From an archaeon (GTDB taxonomy: Archaea; EX4484-52; B79-G9): a stretch of 43,210 nt of DNA. Made by a program: the position numbers and the translations under genes. Location: assembly GCA_043813875.1 (NCBI GenBank), contig JBDRKP010000014.1:1-43210 (forward strand), written 5' to 3'. The notes beneath the pieces were generated by a model. That model worked only from the letters and a program-made list of their open reading frames with translations, was not told the origin of the DNA and searched no databases. The first letter of the stretch is position 1, and each line of letters opens with the position of its first letter. Positions 19,562 through 28,310 of the stretch are shown here, piece by piece.

Positions 19562-20089
19562 ATGACAATGCCGCTAAAAAAAAGAGAGATACAGGTTTTT
19601 TTCGAACTGCTAAAAGATGGCCGGGTGCCAGACAAGCATATCGCACAGAGAATCAAGACCACCCAGCCGACAGTCACAAGAATAAGACAGAAGCTCGAAA
19701 GAGAAGGTTACATCAAAAAATACAGCATCCTTGTAGACTTCAAGAAAGTTGGCATCACCATGATTGTCGTAACGATGTTCAAATGGGCTGACTACTCGAT
19801 AGAAAAAGAGCAGGAAGACGCCCGCAAAGAGATCCTGAAGATGCCTGAGATGCTCTCCCTTTCAAGAGGCGAAGGCATGAGAGGCAAGACAAATATAATC
19901 ATCTCCGCCCACGAAGGCTTTAAATCATACGAGGATTTTGTAAGAGTCTTAAGAAAGAAATGGGGTAATTATGTGACAGACATCGAATCATTTATCTCTT
20001 CAGTTGACGGCATCACAAAAGTATTCGACCCGTCAGAGTGCATTACTGACATACTCTCAAAACAGCAGGATAAGGATCAACAATCATAG
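19562..20089 (+). CDS. Lrp/AsnC family transcriptional regulator
   Basis: ELLKDGRVPDKHIAQRIKTTQPTVTRIRQKLEREGYIKKYSILVDFKKVG wHTH; start 19562 or 19568. Confidence 0.9.
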   Translation: MTMPLKKREIQVFFELLKDGRVPDKHIAQRIKTTQPTVTRIRQKLEREGYIKKYSILVDFKKVGITMIVVTMFKWADYSIEKEQEDARKEILKMPEMLSLSRGEGMRGKTNIIISAHEGFKSYEDFVRVLRKKWGNYVTDIESFISSVDGITKVFDPSECITDILSKQQDKDQQS

Positions 20090-20282
20090 CAACCCACATA
20101 AAACTTAATCCGTTGATGGATTTAATTATCGGTCCTTTTTGCAATAAAAGAACATGCACGGGCCCTCGAAAAAATCGAAAGGACAGTTGAAAAAACATGA
20201 AAAACAAGATAATACATCTGGTCATCTCCGGGCGCAGGAAAAAGCTTGCGCACGCAATAGAACTGGCAGGAGGTAGTGCTGC

Positions 20283-20420
20283 ATGCTAGCGATTTGTCCA
20301 AGATGCCACTCGTCATGTGATATAAAAAGAACAGAACGGACTGTAACATGTCCCAAATGCGCTCACACATTCAGGATAACCGATGCACAATTCACAGATT
20401 CCAGAGACTTCATAGAATAG
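20283..20420 (+). CDS. Zinc-ribbon microprotein (45 aa), not in the ORF track
   Basis: MLAICPRCHSSCDIKRTERTVTCPKCAHTFRITDAQFTDSRDFIE*; two CPxC knuckles; GGAGGT SD at 20269-74. Confidence 0.8.
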   Translation: MLAICPRCHSSCDIKRTERTVTCPKCAHTFRITDAQFTDSRDFIE

Positions 20421-20494
20421 AAGATTCCCTTGCAAATATCTTGATCTTGTTCTGCTTGATATTTTAAGAAATTATTCCTGCTCGTATTATAGTC

Positions 20495-22282
20495 TCACAA
20501 TTCCTGAGAAATAGCTTTCAATTTTTCAATATTGGTTCTGATATCGGAAATATCCTTCTCTCGCACAATTTTGCCCTCGCGTGGCATCTTCCCATTCATT
20601 TCTTTTCTGATTTCCGCCATTAAGTTTTTTACTGATTCATTATGCTCTCTCTTGGAATCTGCAAATTTTGATGCTTGATTTTCAAGATCGCTCTTAAGGC
20701 TGGATACCTCTTCTTTTAATTCATCATGGCTTTTATTAAAATCATGGACAAACTTCTCCAAGTCCGCACGATAAATGACATTGCTTTGCACCTGTAAGGC
20801 ATCGATTCTTGAATCGACATTTGACTTCATCTCATTCTTTGCTTCATTGACGGCCTTATTTAACTTCGTTCCGATATCAATGCGTTTTATGATATCCTCT
20901 TCAATGTTTTCTTTATTTGGCCTATTGTTATTCATTTTATCAAGTTTCATCGATATCTCGTTCATTTGCCTTTTCAATAGGTTGATACTTTCGGTTCCAA
21001 TATTGGTCTTTTCTTCACTCTTTTTCATGTTCTCAAATTGATTCTGTAATTCAGATATCTGTTTATTTATAGCAGCCAGTTTCACAGTACCTCCATTATC
21101 CGCTGGTGATGTTTCCGTATTTCCAAGCAGTTTACCGAAGAAATTTGGTTGTCCTGTGCCATTTTTTTTATTGATTGCTTTCATCTTCTTCTCGATTTCT
21201 TCTTCTGTTTTCTTTATGGTCTCAAAATGCTTATCCATTTCCTTCTTTATGGCCACTGTCTCTGATCTGATCTTTTCATCAACATCGATTTTCTTGATTT
21301 CCGCGACATTAGCCGATATTTCGCTAAGTTTCTTTTTCAGTTCCGCGATTTCCCCATTATTCTTGAGTTTCCCATCATCATCGATTCTTCTTTCCAATAT
21401 GTCTATCTGCTCTTTTAATTTATCCGGATTTTCATGTGGTGCATCATTTGATTTTTGGTCGGTGAGACGCAGTTTTCCCTTCAGCTCATCTACCTCTTTC
21501 CTGACCATATCTTCGCTCTTTTTCATGTTCTCCATTTGGCTATGCAGTTCAGCAATATCTTTCTTTAGCCTCGCCAACGTCACACTTTCACTGCCGCCCA
21601 TATTCTGCACAACCGGTTTGCCTAACAGTTTATCCATAAAATTCGCTTGATTTGCACCAGAGCCAATCTTTTTTGAAATATCGTCTGTTTTCTTTTCAAG
21701 CAGTTCTATCTTCTTTTTGACATGTGCAAATGCTTCGATAATATCGTCCATATAAGACGTGTCCTTCAATATTTGATTTTTAGACTCTTCAATCGATTTC
21801 TGAAGGTTATCAAGAGTTCGTATTCTCTCCTCACTATCTTTTCTAAGTTCAACAAACTGTTCATAATTAAGGAACTGATCCGATTTCAGCACAAAATCAT
21901 CAAATGCAGAATGCAATTCAATTAAATGGTCTTCAAGCTCATATATCCGGCGAGAAAGAGATTCATTGTCCAGCGACATCAATTTTGTATTTCTATGTTC
22001 TTTTATCTTGGCAAGATCATTTTGAGATTGCTTTAAAGCTTGATCTTTAAAATCATGGAATTTTTTCAACTTCTTTGAATCCGTTTGAATTCCACCGATA
22101 ATCGTATCAATTTTTCCTTTTACAATGGCCATCGGGCTAAAAATCTTTGTTGGCACATTCTGTTTAATATTCGGATTGCTCAGTTCACATTCTGTTTTTT
22201 TAAAAGAACTCGGAGTATCAGGAATAATTGGCATCTTTTTCACATTTAGATTTTCCTTCAGAGGATGTTCTTTTTTCTTCAT
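20495..22282 (-). CDS. Long coiled-coil protein with an internal duplication
   Basis: 595 aa, K/E-rich heptads; duplicated module NFMDKLLG...ENMKKSE / NFFGKLLG...ENMKKSE. Confidence 0.8.
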   Translation of the reverse strand: MKKKEHPLKENLNVKKMPIIPDTPSSFKKTECELSNPNIKQNVPTKIFSPMAIVKGKIDTIIGGIQTDSKKLKKFHDFKDQALKQSQNDLAKIKEHRNTKLMSLDNESLSRRIYELEDHLIELHSAFDDFVLKSDQFLNYEQFVELRKDSEERIRTLDNLQKSIEESKNQILKDTSYMDDIIEAFAHVKKKIELLEKKTDDISKKIGSGANQANFMDKLLGKPVVQNMGGSESVTLARLKKDIAELHSQMENMKKSEDMVRKEVDELKGKLRLTDQKSNDAPHENPDKLKEQIDILERRIDDDGKLKNNGEIAELKKKLSEISANVAEIKKIDVDEKIRSETVAIKKEMDKHFETIKKTEEEIEKKMKAINKKNGTGQPNFFGKLLGNTETSPADNGGTVKLAAINKQISELQNQFENMKKSEEKTNIGTESINLLKRQMNEISMKLDKMNNNRPNKENIEEDIIKRIDIGTKLNKAVNEAKNEMKSNVDSRIDALQVQSNVIYRADLEKFVHDFNKSHDELKEEVSSLKSDLENQASKFADSKREHNESVKNLMAEIRKEMNGKMPREGKIVREKDISDIRTNIEKLKAISQEL

Positions 22283-22311
22283 CTTGTTTCCCTTTTGTTA
22301 AACTCCGTCAA

Positions 22312-22956
22312 TCATGCCATTATGATTCTCGCATCGCCTGCAATTGCCTCTTTTTCATTCACGAACAAAGGATTTATGTCAAGTTCAGTGATATTTTTTT
22401 CTCTTTCAATCATATTCGATACTTTTAGAAGAGTATCTGCAATCGCATCTATATTTACTGCTGCTTGGCCCCTGACTTTCCCAAGGATATCATGCGCTTT
22501 TATTTCATATATCATCTTTTTGGCATCATGCAGTGTTATCGGTATTACTCGAAAAGTTACGTCATGCAACAACTCTACAAATATGCCTCCGATGCCGAAC
22601 ATGATAACATGGCCGAACTGCGGGTCTTGTGTAGCCCCGATGATGACCTGCCTTCCGGCTAATGTCTCTTCCACAAGGATGCCGTCGACGCGTATATTCC
22701 CATGTTTTTTTGCGTTTTGCAATATTTTCTGATAAGCTTTTCTGACGAGAGTTGATTCATCAATATTAATGATAACTCCGCCGACATCCGTTTTATGCAG
22801 CATGTCTCTGGATATTAATTTCAATACAACGGGATAGCCTATTTTTTGTGCATGCTCTACAGCTTCATCTTCACTCTTTGCAAGATGTGCTTTTGGGAGA
22901 TTTATCTTGTATTTTTTCAGGAACAGGCGGCAATCATATTCAGTTAGCTTTTCCAT
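22312..22956 (-). CDS. acdB: ADP-forming acetyl/acyl-CoA synthetase, beta (ATP-grasp) subunit
   Basis: LTEY, IGYPVVLK, HKTDVGGV, DPQFGHVIMFGIGGIFVE, ELDINPL, DARI. Confidence 0.93.
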   Translation of the reverse strand: MEKLTEYDCRLFLKKYKINLPKAHLAKSEDEAVEHAQKIGYPVVLKLISRDMLHKTDVGGVIINIDESTLVRKAYQKILQNAKKHGNIRVDGILVEETLAGRQVIIGATQDPQFGHVIMFGIGGIFVELLHDVTFRVIPITLHDAKKMIYEIKAHDILGKVRGQAAVNIDAIADTLLKVSNMIEREKNITELDINPLFVNEKEAIAGDARIIMA

Positions 22957-22960
22957 ATAT

Positions 22961-23173
22961 TCACCTTAGTTTGTATAGCTTTACAAGTTCGGAAAAAGAT
23001 CTGATCTCATCGACCTCGTCCTTCATGTAGGTTGTGAGATAGCGTTGGACCGTGGATTTCGATATTTTTGTTTTCCTGGATATCTCCATGGCCCACAGAC
23101 CTTCTTTTGCGCCTTCTAATGATTTTCTGATCTTCTTGATCTTCGCCTGATCTGGACCCTTGTGTCTTCCCAT
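22961..23173 (-). CDS. Small winged-HTH DNA-binding protein (70 aa)
   Basis: EGLWAMEISRKTKISKSTVQRYL HTH; ATG 23173 about 25-30 nt downstream of a TATATATA box (leaderless arrangement). Confidence 0.8.
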   Translation of the reverse strand: MGRHKGPDQAKIKKIRKSLEGAKEGLWAMEISRKTKISKSTVQRYLTTYMKDEVDEIRSFSELVKLYKLR

Positions 23174-23219
23174 GATATAATTATAGGGTATTTGTCCTAT
23201 ATATAATTTTGAAGAGACT

Positions 23220-23292
23220 GCATGATTGACAATCAATGCCGCTCAACATACCTCAAAACTTTCGTGATGAGTCAATCATGCGGTATGAGCAA
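23220..23292 (-). ncRNA. Candidate pseudoknotted RNA element
   Basis: Crossing stems 23220-29/23272-81 (10 bp) and 23241-51/23283-90 (8 bp plus 3-nt bulge), with an inner hairpin capped by GAAA on the minus strand. Confidence 0.45.
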
Positions 23293-23405
23293 AGCGAACT
23301 TAGTTTTTAGCAATAGGTTTAACTTAGGTTTAAATAATTATTTCTATAATCTATATATGCAAGTATAGATTGAATTCAATAATTCAATATTAGAGGTTGA
23401 TAGAT

Positions 23406-23636
23406 ATGGTCAAAGATAAAAGCGAAATCCCGGACGCCCCGATGGATCGCATATTGCGTGATGCTGGAGCAAAAAGAGTATCCAAATCAGGTGCAAGACA
23501 GTTTGCCGTTGCTCTTGAAGGTATCGCCTCAGATATATCCAGGGAAGCGATTGTATTTGCAAAACACGCAGGAAGAAAAACAGTTATCAATGATGACATA
23601 AAACTTGCTGCCAAAAAGATAGGTAAGACAATCTGA
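23406..23636 (+). CDS. Archaeal histone (HMf-like)
   Basis: EIPDAPMDRILRDAGAKRVS...AKHAGRKTVINDDIKLA histone fold; GAGGT SD upstream of ATG 23406. Confidence 0.95.
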   Translation: MVKDKSEIPDAPMDRILRDAGAKRVSKSGARQFAVALEGIASDISREAIVFAKHAGRKTVINDDIKLAAKKIGKTI

Positions 23637-23707
23637 TTTTTTTATTGTTGAGTATAATGCTATAATTTTCTTTAGAATTCTGATTTTAATGATTTTTTCT
23701 CATTATA

Positions 23708-23922
23708 GTTGATGTCGTTACTAGCTGGACAAATAGGATTCATGAACTGATAGACATCAAAATATCCTGGCGAATCTCTGATTCGCTGGCTCATAAAAAT
23801 CGTTTTACGATTTTTAATGATATGGAAAAGCCATTATTTTCAACGAAGTTGAAAAGCTTGAGACGCAGTCTCATGAGTCTATTTTGAACGTAAGTTCAAA
23901 AGCGTGGCATATAAGTGCCATG
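23708..23922 (+). ncRNA. Dense hairpin cluster / candidate multibranch RNA downstream of the histone gene
   Basis: Stems at 23709-60, 23770-86, 23794-816, 23837-55, 23859-73, 23882-901, 23905-20; G-U wobbles favour the + strand. Confidence 0.5.
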
Positions 23923-23956
23923 AAAAAGTGACTGTGGGACATAATTGGTTCATACC

Positions 23957-24655
23957 TCAAAATGCAAAGAATAAGTTGTGAAGAACGCTTCTTGCGAACA
24001 GGCATTGCTCAATTCTTCCATCCAGTTTCTGTCTGACATATCCTCCAAAGAACCGCTTATCTACGGAAAACATCGCCTCGGATAGATTTCTTCTGAAATA
24101 TTCCTTCAGATATGCGTAAGTATTCAATGCAAAATCGGACAGTATTTTTTTCCATTTCAAAGAACCCTTTACTGTAACATCTTTCTTTGGTATGACGTAT
24201 ATTGTCGTATCTTTATCGAAGTCATCTGTTATTGAATGATTGCTATAATACCTGTCTAACCTTATGCTCTTTACGTCTATACCACTATTATTTAGCATTT
24301 TTAATGCCTTATTGTATGCATCTTTTTCGGATTTTCTGCTATAACCGCAACAAACATACATCAATGTGTCCAAGTCAAGTAAACTGAAGTAATAGACAAA
24401 GTCTTTTCTATCCTTTTTCGTGTCATTTTCATCACGGTAACTTTTCTTTACAAACAAAGAATATCCGGTGCCATCACCACACAAATCAGGATTTTCTATC
24501 TTCTTTTCTTTGACCAAAAGCACGAACATGTTATGTAATATCAATTCTACTGTTTCGTCAGAATAAAGGCGTTCCATGGTCTTATAACTCGGATCTTTGC
24601 CAGTCATAACAGAAAAGAAAAAAAGCATATCTGACATGCCCCTGTTACTTAATTT
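23957..24655 (-). pseudogene. ISNCY transposase, C-terminal part
   Basis: SYKTMERLYSD, GDGTGYSL, SEKDAY, SIRLDRYYS, YFRRNLSEAMFSVDKR DDE transposase motifs; separated from its N-terminus. Confidence 0.88.
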
Positions 24656-26076
24656 GTACTTGTTTAGCAAAAGCACAATTTTCTTACCAACATCTTTTTG
24701 AGTTCTGTTTTTATTTCAAGTCCATTTAGTTGCCATGTCGCCAAAATCGATGCTAAGCACTCATAATTTCCTTTTCCATTCTCAGACCTGAACGCACCTA
24801 TAATCTTTCTCACCATAACTGTCTCTCTTATCGCCTGCTCAGCAAAGTTATTTGTCGGCTCAATCCCTTGGATTTTGACACACGTTAGCCAATTACCGAG
24901 ATTGTTGTCGATATATTTCACAACCGGCATCAATTGCTCATATCTGGAATAATATGTTATCAATCTTTTGAGTTCTCCAGTCATAGATTGATATTTTTCC
25001 AGTCTTTGACTTTCAGTTGGATTCGATTTATTGAACTCTTTTATCTCCTTGAACAACTTCCTGAGCTTTTCATGGAAATGTCTTCCAGCCAACGTATCTG
25101 TCAAATCCTCGGACTTTCTTAAGAGATGTGCCCAGCAACGCTGCAAATTTGCAAATAACATTACGTTGTATGCTTTCCAACAATCGCAAACAATTGTTCC
25201 TGCATAATCCACTCCAAGTATCTCTTTAAGGACATCACTACCTCTGCTTGGTCGTATGACAAGCAGAATATCGTTTTGGGTTCTGAAAACCCAAACCCAT
25301 TGATTATCGCCAAGCACAGAAAAGCTTGTCTCATCAACATAGACTATCTTTGACAATCGTATTCTCATCTTGATGTCATTGTATTCTGATTCTGCTGCTT
25401 TTGCAACTCTATCAAGGATCATATTGAATGAAGCAGGAGTTATCCTGAGTGCAAATCCCGTCTCAAGAAAAAGACCTGCTTTTCTCAATACGCCTCTCAG
25501 TATGAATCTGATGAATACAGCAAGAACCATCAGATTTATCCCAAATTTACCCTTGAGGGGTATCGTGTTGTCTTCAGGAATAAATACATATCCGCAATCC
25601 TTGCATTCTTTTTGATGTATATTTGCTTCAATTGTTTCTGGTTCCGGGGGCTCAACAACCTCTTCAACACGTCGTTTATGTATCTTTTTGTCTTTAAGAT
25701 TAGAGCCATGACATTTTGGGCAAGTGCAAGCATCGATTTCGAGTGCTTTTGTCGGTTTCTGATGCCTTGTTGTTCCCTTATGACCTTTTGGAGCACCTCG
25801 TTTGCCGCCATTTTTATGTTTGCCTTGCGTGTTCGGTTTCAAGTGCTTGTTTGCTGAAGGAGGAGTGTTGGGATTTTTGTACTTAGAAAGCTCTTTTTGA
25901 AGTTGATCAATCTGTTTTTGTTGGTCAAGTATTTTTCCAATCAAATCATCTCTATTCATGATATCAAAACATATTATATCTCCCATAATTTATAAAAAAA
26001 CAACCTCATCCATCTGTTTTTCTATGGTTGAGTATATATGTTTGTGGTTATTCTGTAGAATTAGCTAAACAAATAC
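24656..26076 (-). mobile_element. IS66-family element (single-ORF, ISBst12-like), 1421 bp
   Basis: 13-bp TIRs GTA(C/T)TTGTTTAGC at 24656-68 and 26064-76; perfect 8-bp TSD CTTAATTT at 24648-55 and 26077-84. Confidence 0.95.
24664..25986 (-). CDS. IS66 transposase
   Basis: Coiled coil + NTPPS, GAPKGHKG, CPKC...CKDC zinc finger, YVDETS, QRCWAHLLR, EPTNNFAEQAIR, GAFRS. Start may be ATG 25959. Confidence 0.95.
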   Translation of the reverse strand: MGDIICFDIMNRDDLIGKILDQQKQIDQLQKELSKYKNPNTPPSANKHLKPNTQGKHKNGGKRGAPKGHKGTTRHQKPTKALEIDACTCPKCHGSNLKDKKIHKRRVEEVVEPPEPETIEANIHQKECKDCGYVFIPEDNTIPLKGKFGINLMVLAVFIRFILRGVLRKAGLFLETGFALRITPASFNMILDRVAKAAESEYNDIKMRIRLSKIVYVDETSFSVLGDNQWVWVFRTQNDILLVIRPSRGSDVLKEILGVDYAGTIVCDCWKAYNVMLFANLQRCWAHLLRKSEDLTDTLAGRHFHEKLRKLFKEIKEFNKSNPTESQRLEKYQSMTGELKRLITYYSRYEQLMPVVKYIDNNLGNWLTCVKIQGIEPTNNFAEQAIRETVMVRKIIGAFRSENGKGNYECLASILATWQLNGLEIKTELKKMLVRKLCFC

Positions 26077-26378
26077 CTTAATTTGAATATTTCTTTAAGC
26101 AAAAGTATCAGTGTCTTTTCTTCGGGGTTTAGTAATGGCTTTGCACCGCGATTATTATCCTTGATTATCTGCAAGCCTTCCGATGCTTTGTGTATTACTC
26201 CTTTTAGTTCCTCTGCAGCTATTCTCATCCTGTATGTTCTTTGTTGCTCATAGGTTCGCCAGTCCCGCTTCTCCTTTTTGTTAATAGGATTGTAAACCTC
26301 TTTGTAGTATTTGAGGATTCCATCCAAAGAAGCAACAACAGATCTAACATCCTTTGTTTTAATATCTCCCGCGCCCAT
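26077..26378 (-). pseudogene. ISNCY transposase, N-terminal part
   Basis: KEKRDWRTYEQQ...RGAKPLLNPEEKTLILLLKEIFKL; joins in frame to SNRGMSDML when IS66 and one TSD copy are removed. Confidence 0.88.
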
Positions 26379-26551
26379 GCACTATATTGGTTTTATTAAG
26401 AGATATGTTTTATTTTATTATTGGGTATCTGTAAACATTGAGTTTACACCAATCAAAGATTCAAGGGAATTCTGTCCCACAGTCATATTCCAAAGGAATA
26501 ATATGCAAAAAATTCCAAAAGAGATTGCGAACTCTCTTTTGAAGTGATAGC

Positions 26552-27118
26552 TTATATCCTCAACTGATGCTTTCTCTCCTGTCGCTTTGCTTTTTTCTTC
26601 TTTTCTTCATCGTCACCGCCTTGTTCTGATGTTCCGCTTTCTTTATTATGTTGCTGGTAGGCAGCCCAGAGAATCAGCAAAAAGAGTATAACACCAACAG
26701 ACCACATGATGTTTTCTGAGTCCATGCCAAGGGCTCTTGAGATGTTGTCTGTGCCGTATGCGCCGAGTGTGACAAGGATGATGATCAGAAGTATCATCAA
26801 GGGAAGATAGTCTTTTGACTCGCTCTCAAAGAGCTTGAGGAACAACAAAATGAGGAAGAGGATTATCAGGAGTATTATGAAAAACGGCATCCACTTGAAT
26901 AACATATCGCGGAGAGGCTTGTGGTTTGTCGCAAAGAGGCCGATTATTACGGATACTATGCCTATTGCTTTGTCGTTCAGGACGAAGTCTTCTTTCTTTT
27001 TTTCGGCTTTGGCCTTTACGTAATTGAATATGGCGTAAGTTATGGCGGTTATCAGAAGAAAGGGAAGAAGGAACTCGTAGATGCCTGATGACTGAAGATA
27101 GGAGATGCTTATGTTCAT
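26552..27118 (-). CDS. Multi-pass membrane protein of unknown function
   Basis: GIYEFLLPFLLITAITYAIF N-terminus, about 5 TM helices, charged C-terminal tail. Confidence 0.85.
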   Translation of the reverse strand: MNISISYLQSSGIYEFLLPFLLITAITYAIFNYVKAKAEKKKEDFVLNDKAIGIVSVIIGLFATNHKPLRDMLFKWMPFFIILLIILFLILLFLKLFESESKDYLPLMILLIIILVTLGAYGTDNISRALGMDSENIMWSVGVILFLLILWAAYQQHNKESGTSEQGGDDEEKKKKAKRQERKHQLRI

Positions 27119-27209
27119 GGGTTTATCTGTGGGTGAGGGGGTTTATATAAGTTGGTCAGATATGGCTTTTTTAAGCCATCTTTTGAAGGGTTTAGCTTTT
27201 TTTTAGAAA

Positions 27210-27305
27210 ATGAAGCGGATGCTGGGGAATGCTTATGAAGAGATTGCCCTTGGGTGGATCAAGGAGCAAAAGCAGTTTCTGATTATCTTTTCGGAAGATA
27301 GTTGA
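27210..27305 (+). pseudogene. Possible fragment of an archaeal ATPase-associated DUF234-like gene
   Basis: MKRMLGNAYEEIALGWIKEQ resembles the G..(F/Y)EEI motif; only 31 aa. Confidence 0.25.
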
Positions 27306-27358
27306 TGATTATCTCAGATATTTCCCGGACCTAAAAGGACATGGGGATTAAGCGGGTT

Positions 27359-28129
27359 TTATTCTTCTTTAGTCCAAGGTCGTAATCTAGCAAGTAATCC
27401 GTGAATATCTTCCTTCTTACCTTTATAATCTTTTAAACATCGAGCAATCAGATTGCCACGTTCGTATGAAGGTACACTTTTCACAATCTCCACTGCCTGT
27501 GTAGCTATATCATCCATCATCCTTTGAGCATCATTAGATTGACGACCTAGACTAGAACCTTGTTCATTGTTTGTTCCACCGCCACCAGCACTAATTGATG
27601 AATGTGCAGTAGTTTTAGAAAGACCCTGGTCCGCAGATGTTTTTGTGTCATGAGCTTCTCCATATCGGTGAAAACAACCCCCTAATTCTGACTCGGCTTC
27701 TCTCATTTCTTTCTTGGTCAACGTTACTCCGGCAAAGTCTATTTTGTTGCCGATTATTTCACCTGCCTTACCCAATTTATCTGATATTGCTTTCTCGTGA
27801 CCTTCTGAAAATATCCTTCGGTAGAATGCATACATGAAATAAACTGCGATTAAAGCTACAAAAATGAAGCCACCAATGCCTGCAATAATCGGCACCCATC
27901 CCAGTGTAATAACGACGCCGACCGAGGTAATGGAAGAGAGATAAGCTACAAATTTGCTGGAATCGCCAAACAGGCGATGAACGCCCTGATGAGCGACAAT
28001 CGCGATGAATATCGTTGGTACGAGGAGACCGAATATGATGTCGTTCTGGAGTTCGCCAGTAAGTACCGAGCTTGAGTAATCGTATTTTAATATCTCGTAG
28101 AATACAAAATCATAAATGCTCGATGCCAT
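27359..28129 (-). CDS. Membrane protein of unknown function (3-4 TM plus soluble helical C-terminus)
   Basis: 256-aa ORF, hydrophobic N-terminal half, TTTATAT box about 28 nt upstream. Confidence 0.8.
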   Translation of the reverse strand: MASSIYDFVFYEILKYDYSSSVLTGELQNDIIFGLLVPTIFIAIVAHQGVHRLFGDSSKFVAYLSSITSVGVVITLGWVPIIAGIGGFIFVALIAVYFMYAFYRRIFSEGHEKAISDKLGKAGEIIGNKIDFAGVTLTKKEMREAESELGGCFHRYGEAHDTKTSADQGLSKTTAHSSISAGGGGTNNEQGSSLGRQSNDAQRMMDDIATQAVEIVKSVPSYERGNLIARCLKDYKGKKEDIHGLLARLRPWTKEE

Positions 28130-28214
28130 GACTTAAATATAGTCATTAGGAATATATAAAGTTTTTTTTGGAAATGTCGGAAATATAAGAAATCTGAAAA
28201 ATGAATCAAGAATA

Positions 28215-28259
28215 GAAGAAGAAAAGAAAGAAAAAGAACTCCTGATGCCAAGAGTTCTT
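28215..28259 (-). terminator. Hairpin plus pyrimidine tract after the 28311 gene
   Basis: AAGAACTC/GAGTTCTT 8-bp stem (28234-59) followed on the minus strand by TTTCTTTCTTTTC. Confidence 0.55.
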
Positions 28260-28310
28260 GTTGGACTGGTTATATTTTGATTTTATAAAATAGAGTATTG
28301 TCCGTTATTC

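Larger units (their letters stand above)
23929..26485 (-). mobile_element. ISNCY-type (ISA1214-like) insertion sequence, interrupted by IS66
   Basis: 18-bp TIRs TGACTGTGGGACA(T/G)AATT at 23929-46 and 26468-85 (1 mismatch); 1128 bp after removing IS66 and one TSD copy; no flanking TSD seen. Confidence 0.85.

Noticed and set aside
23220..23292. Calling the pseudoknot an HDV-like ribozyme
   Set aside because: Stem order matches, but the 3-bp P3, the CC of L3, P4 and the J4/2 catalytic motif do not.
23957..24676. 239-aa ORF as an independent intact gene
   Set aside because: Its apparent start lies inside the IS66 end; it is the 3' half of the interrupted transposase.
26311..26547. 78-aa + strand ORF
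   Set aside because: Runs across the IS terminal repeat and antisense to the transposase; likely spurious.
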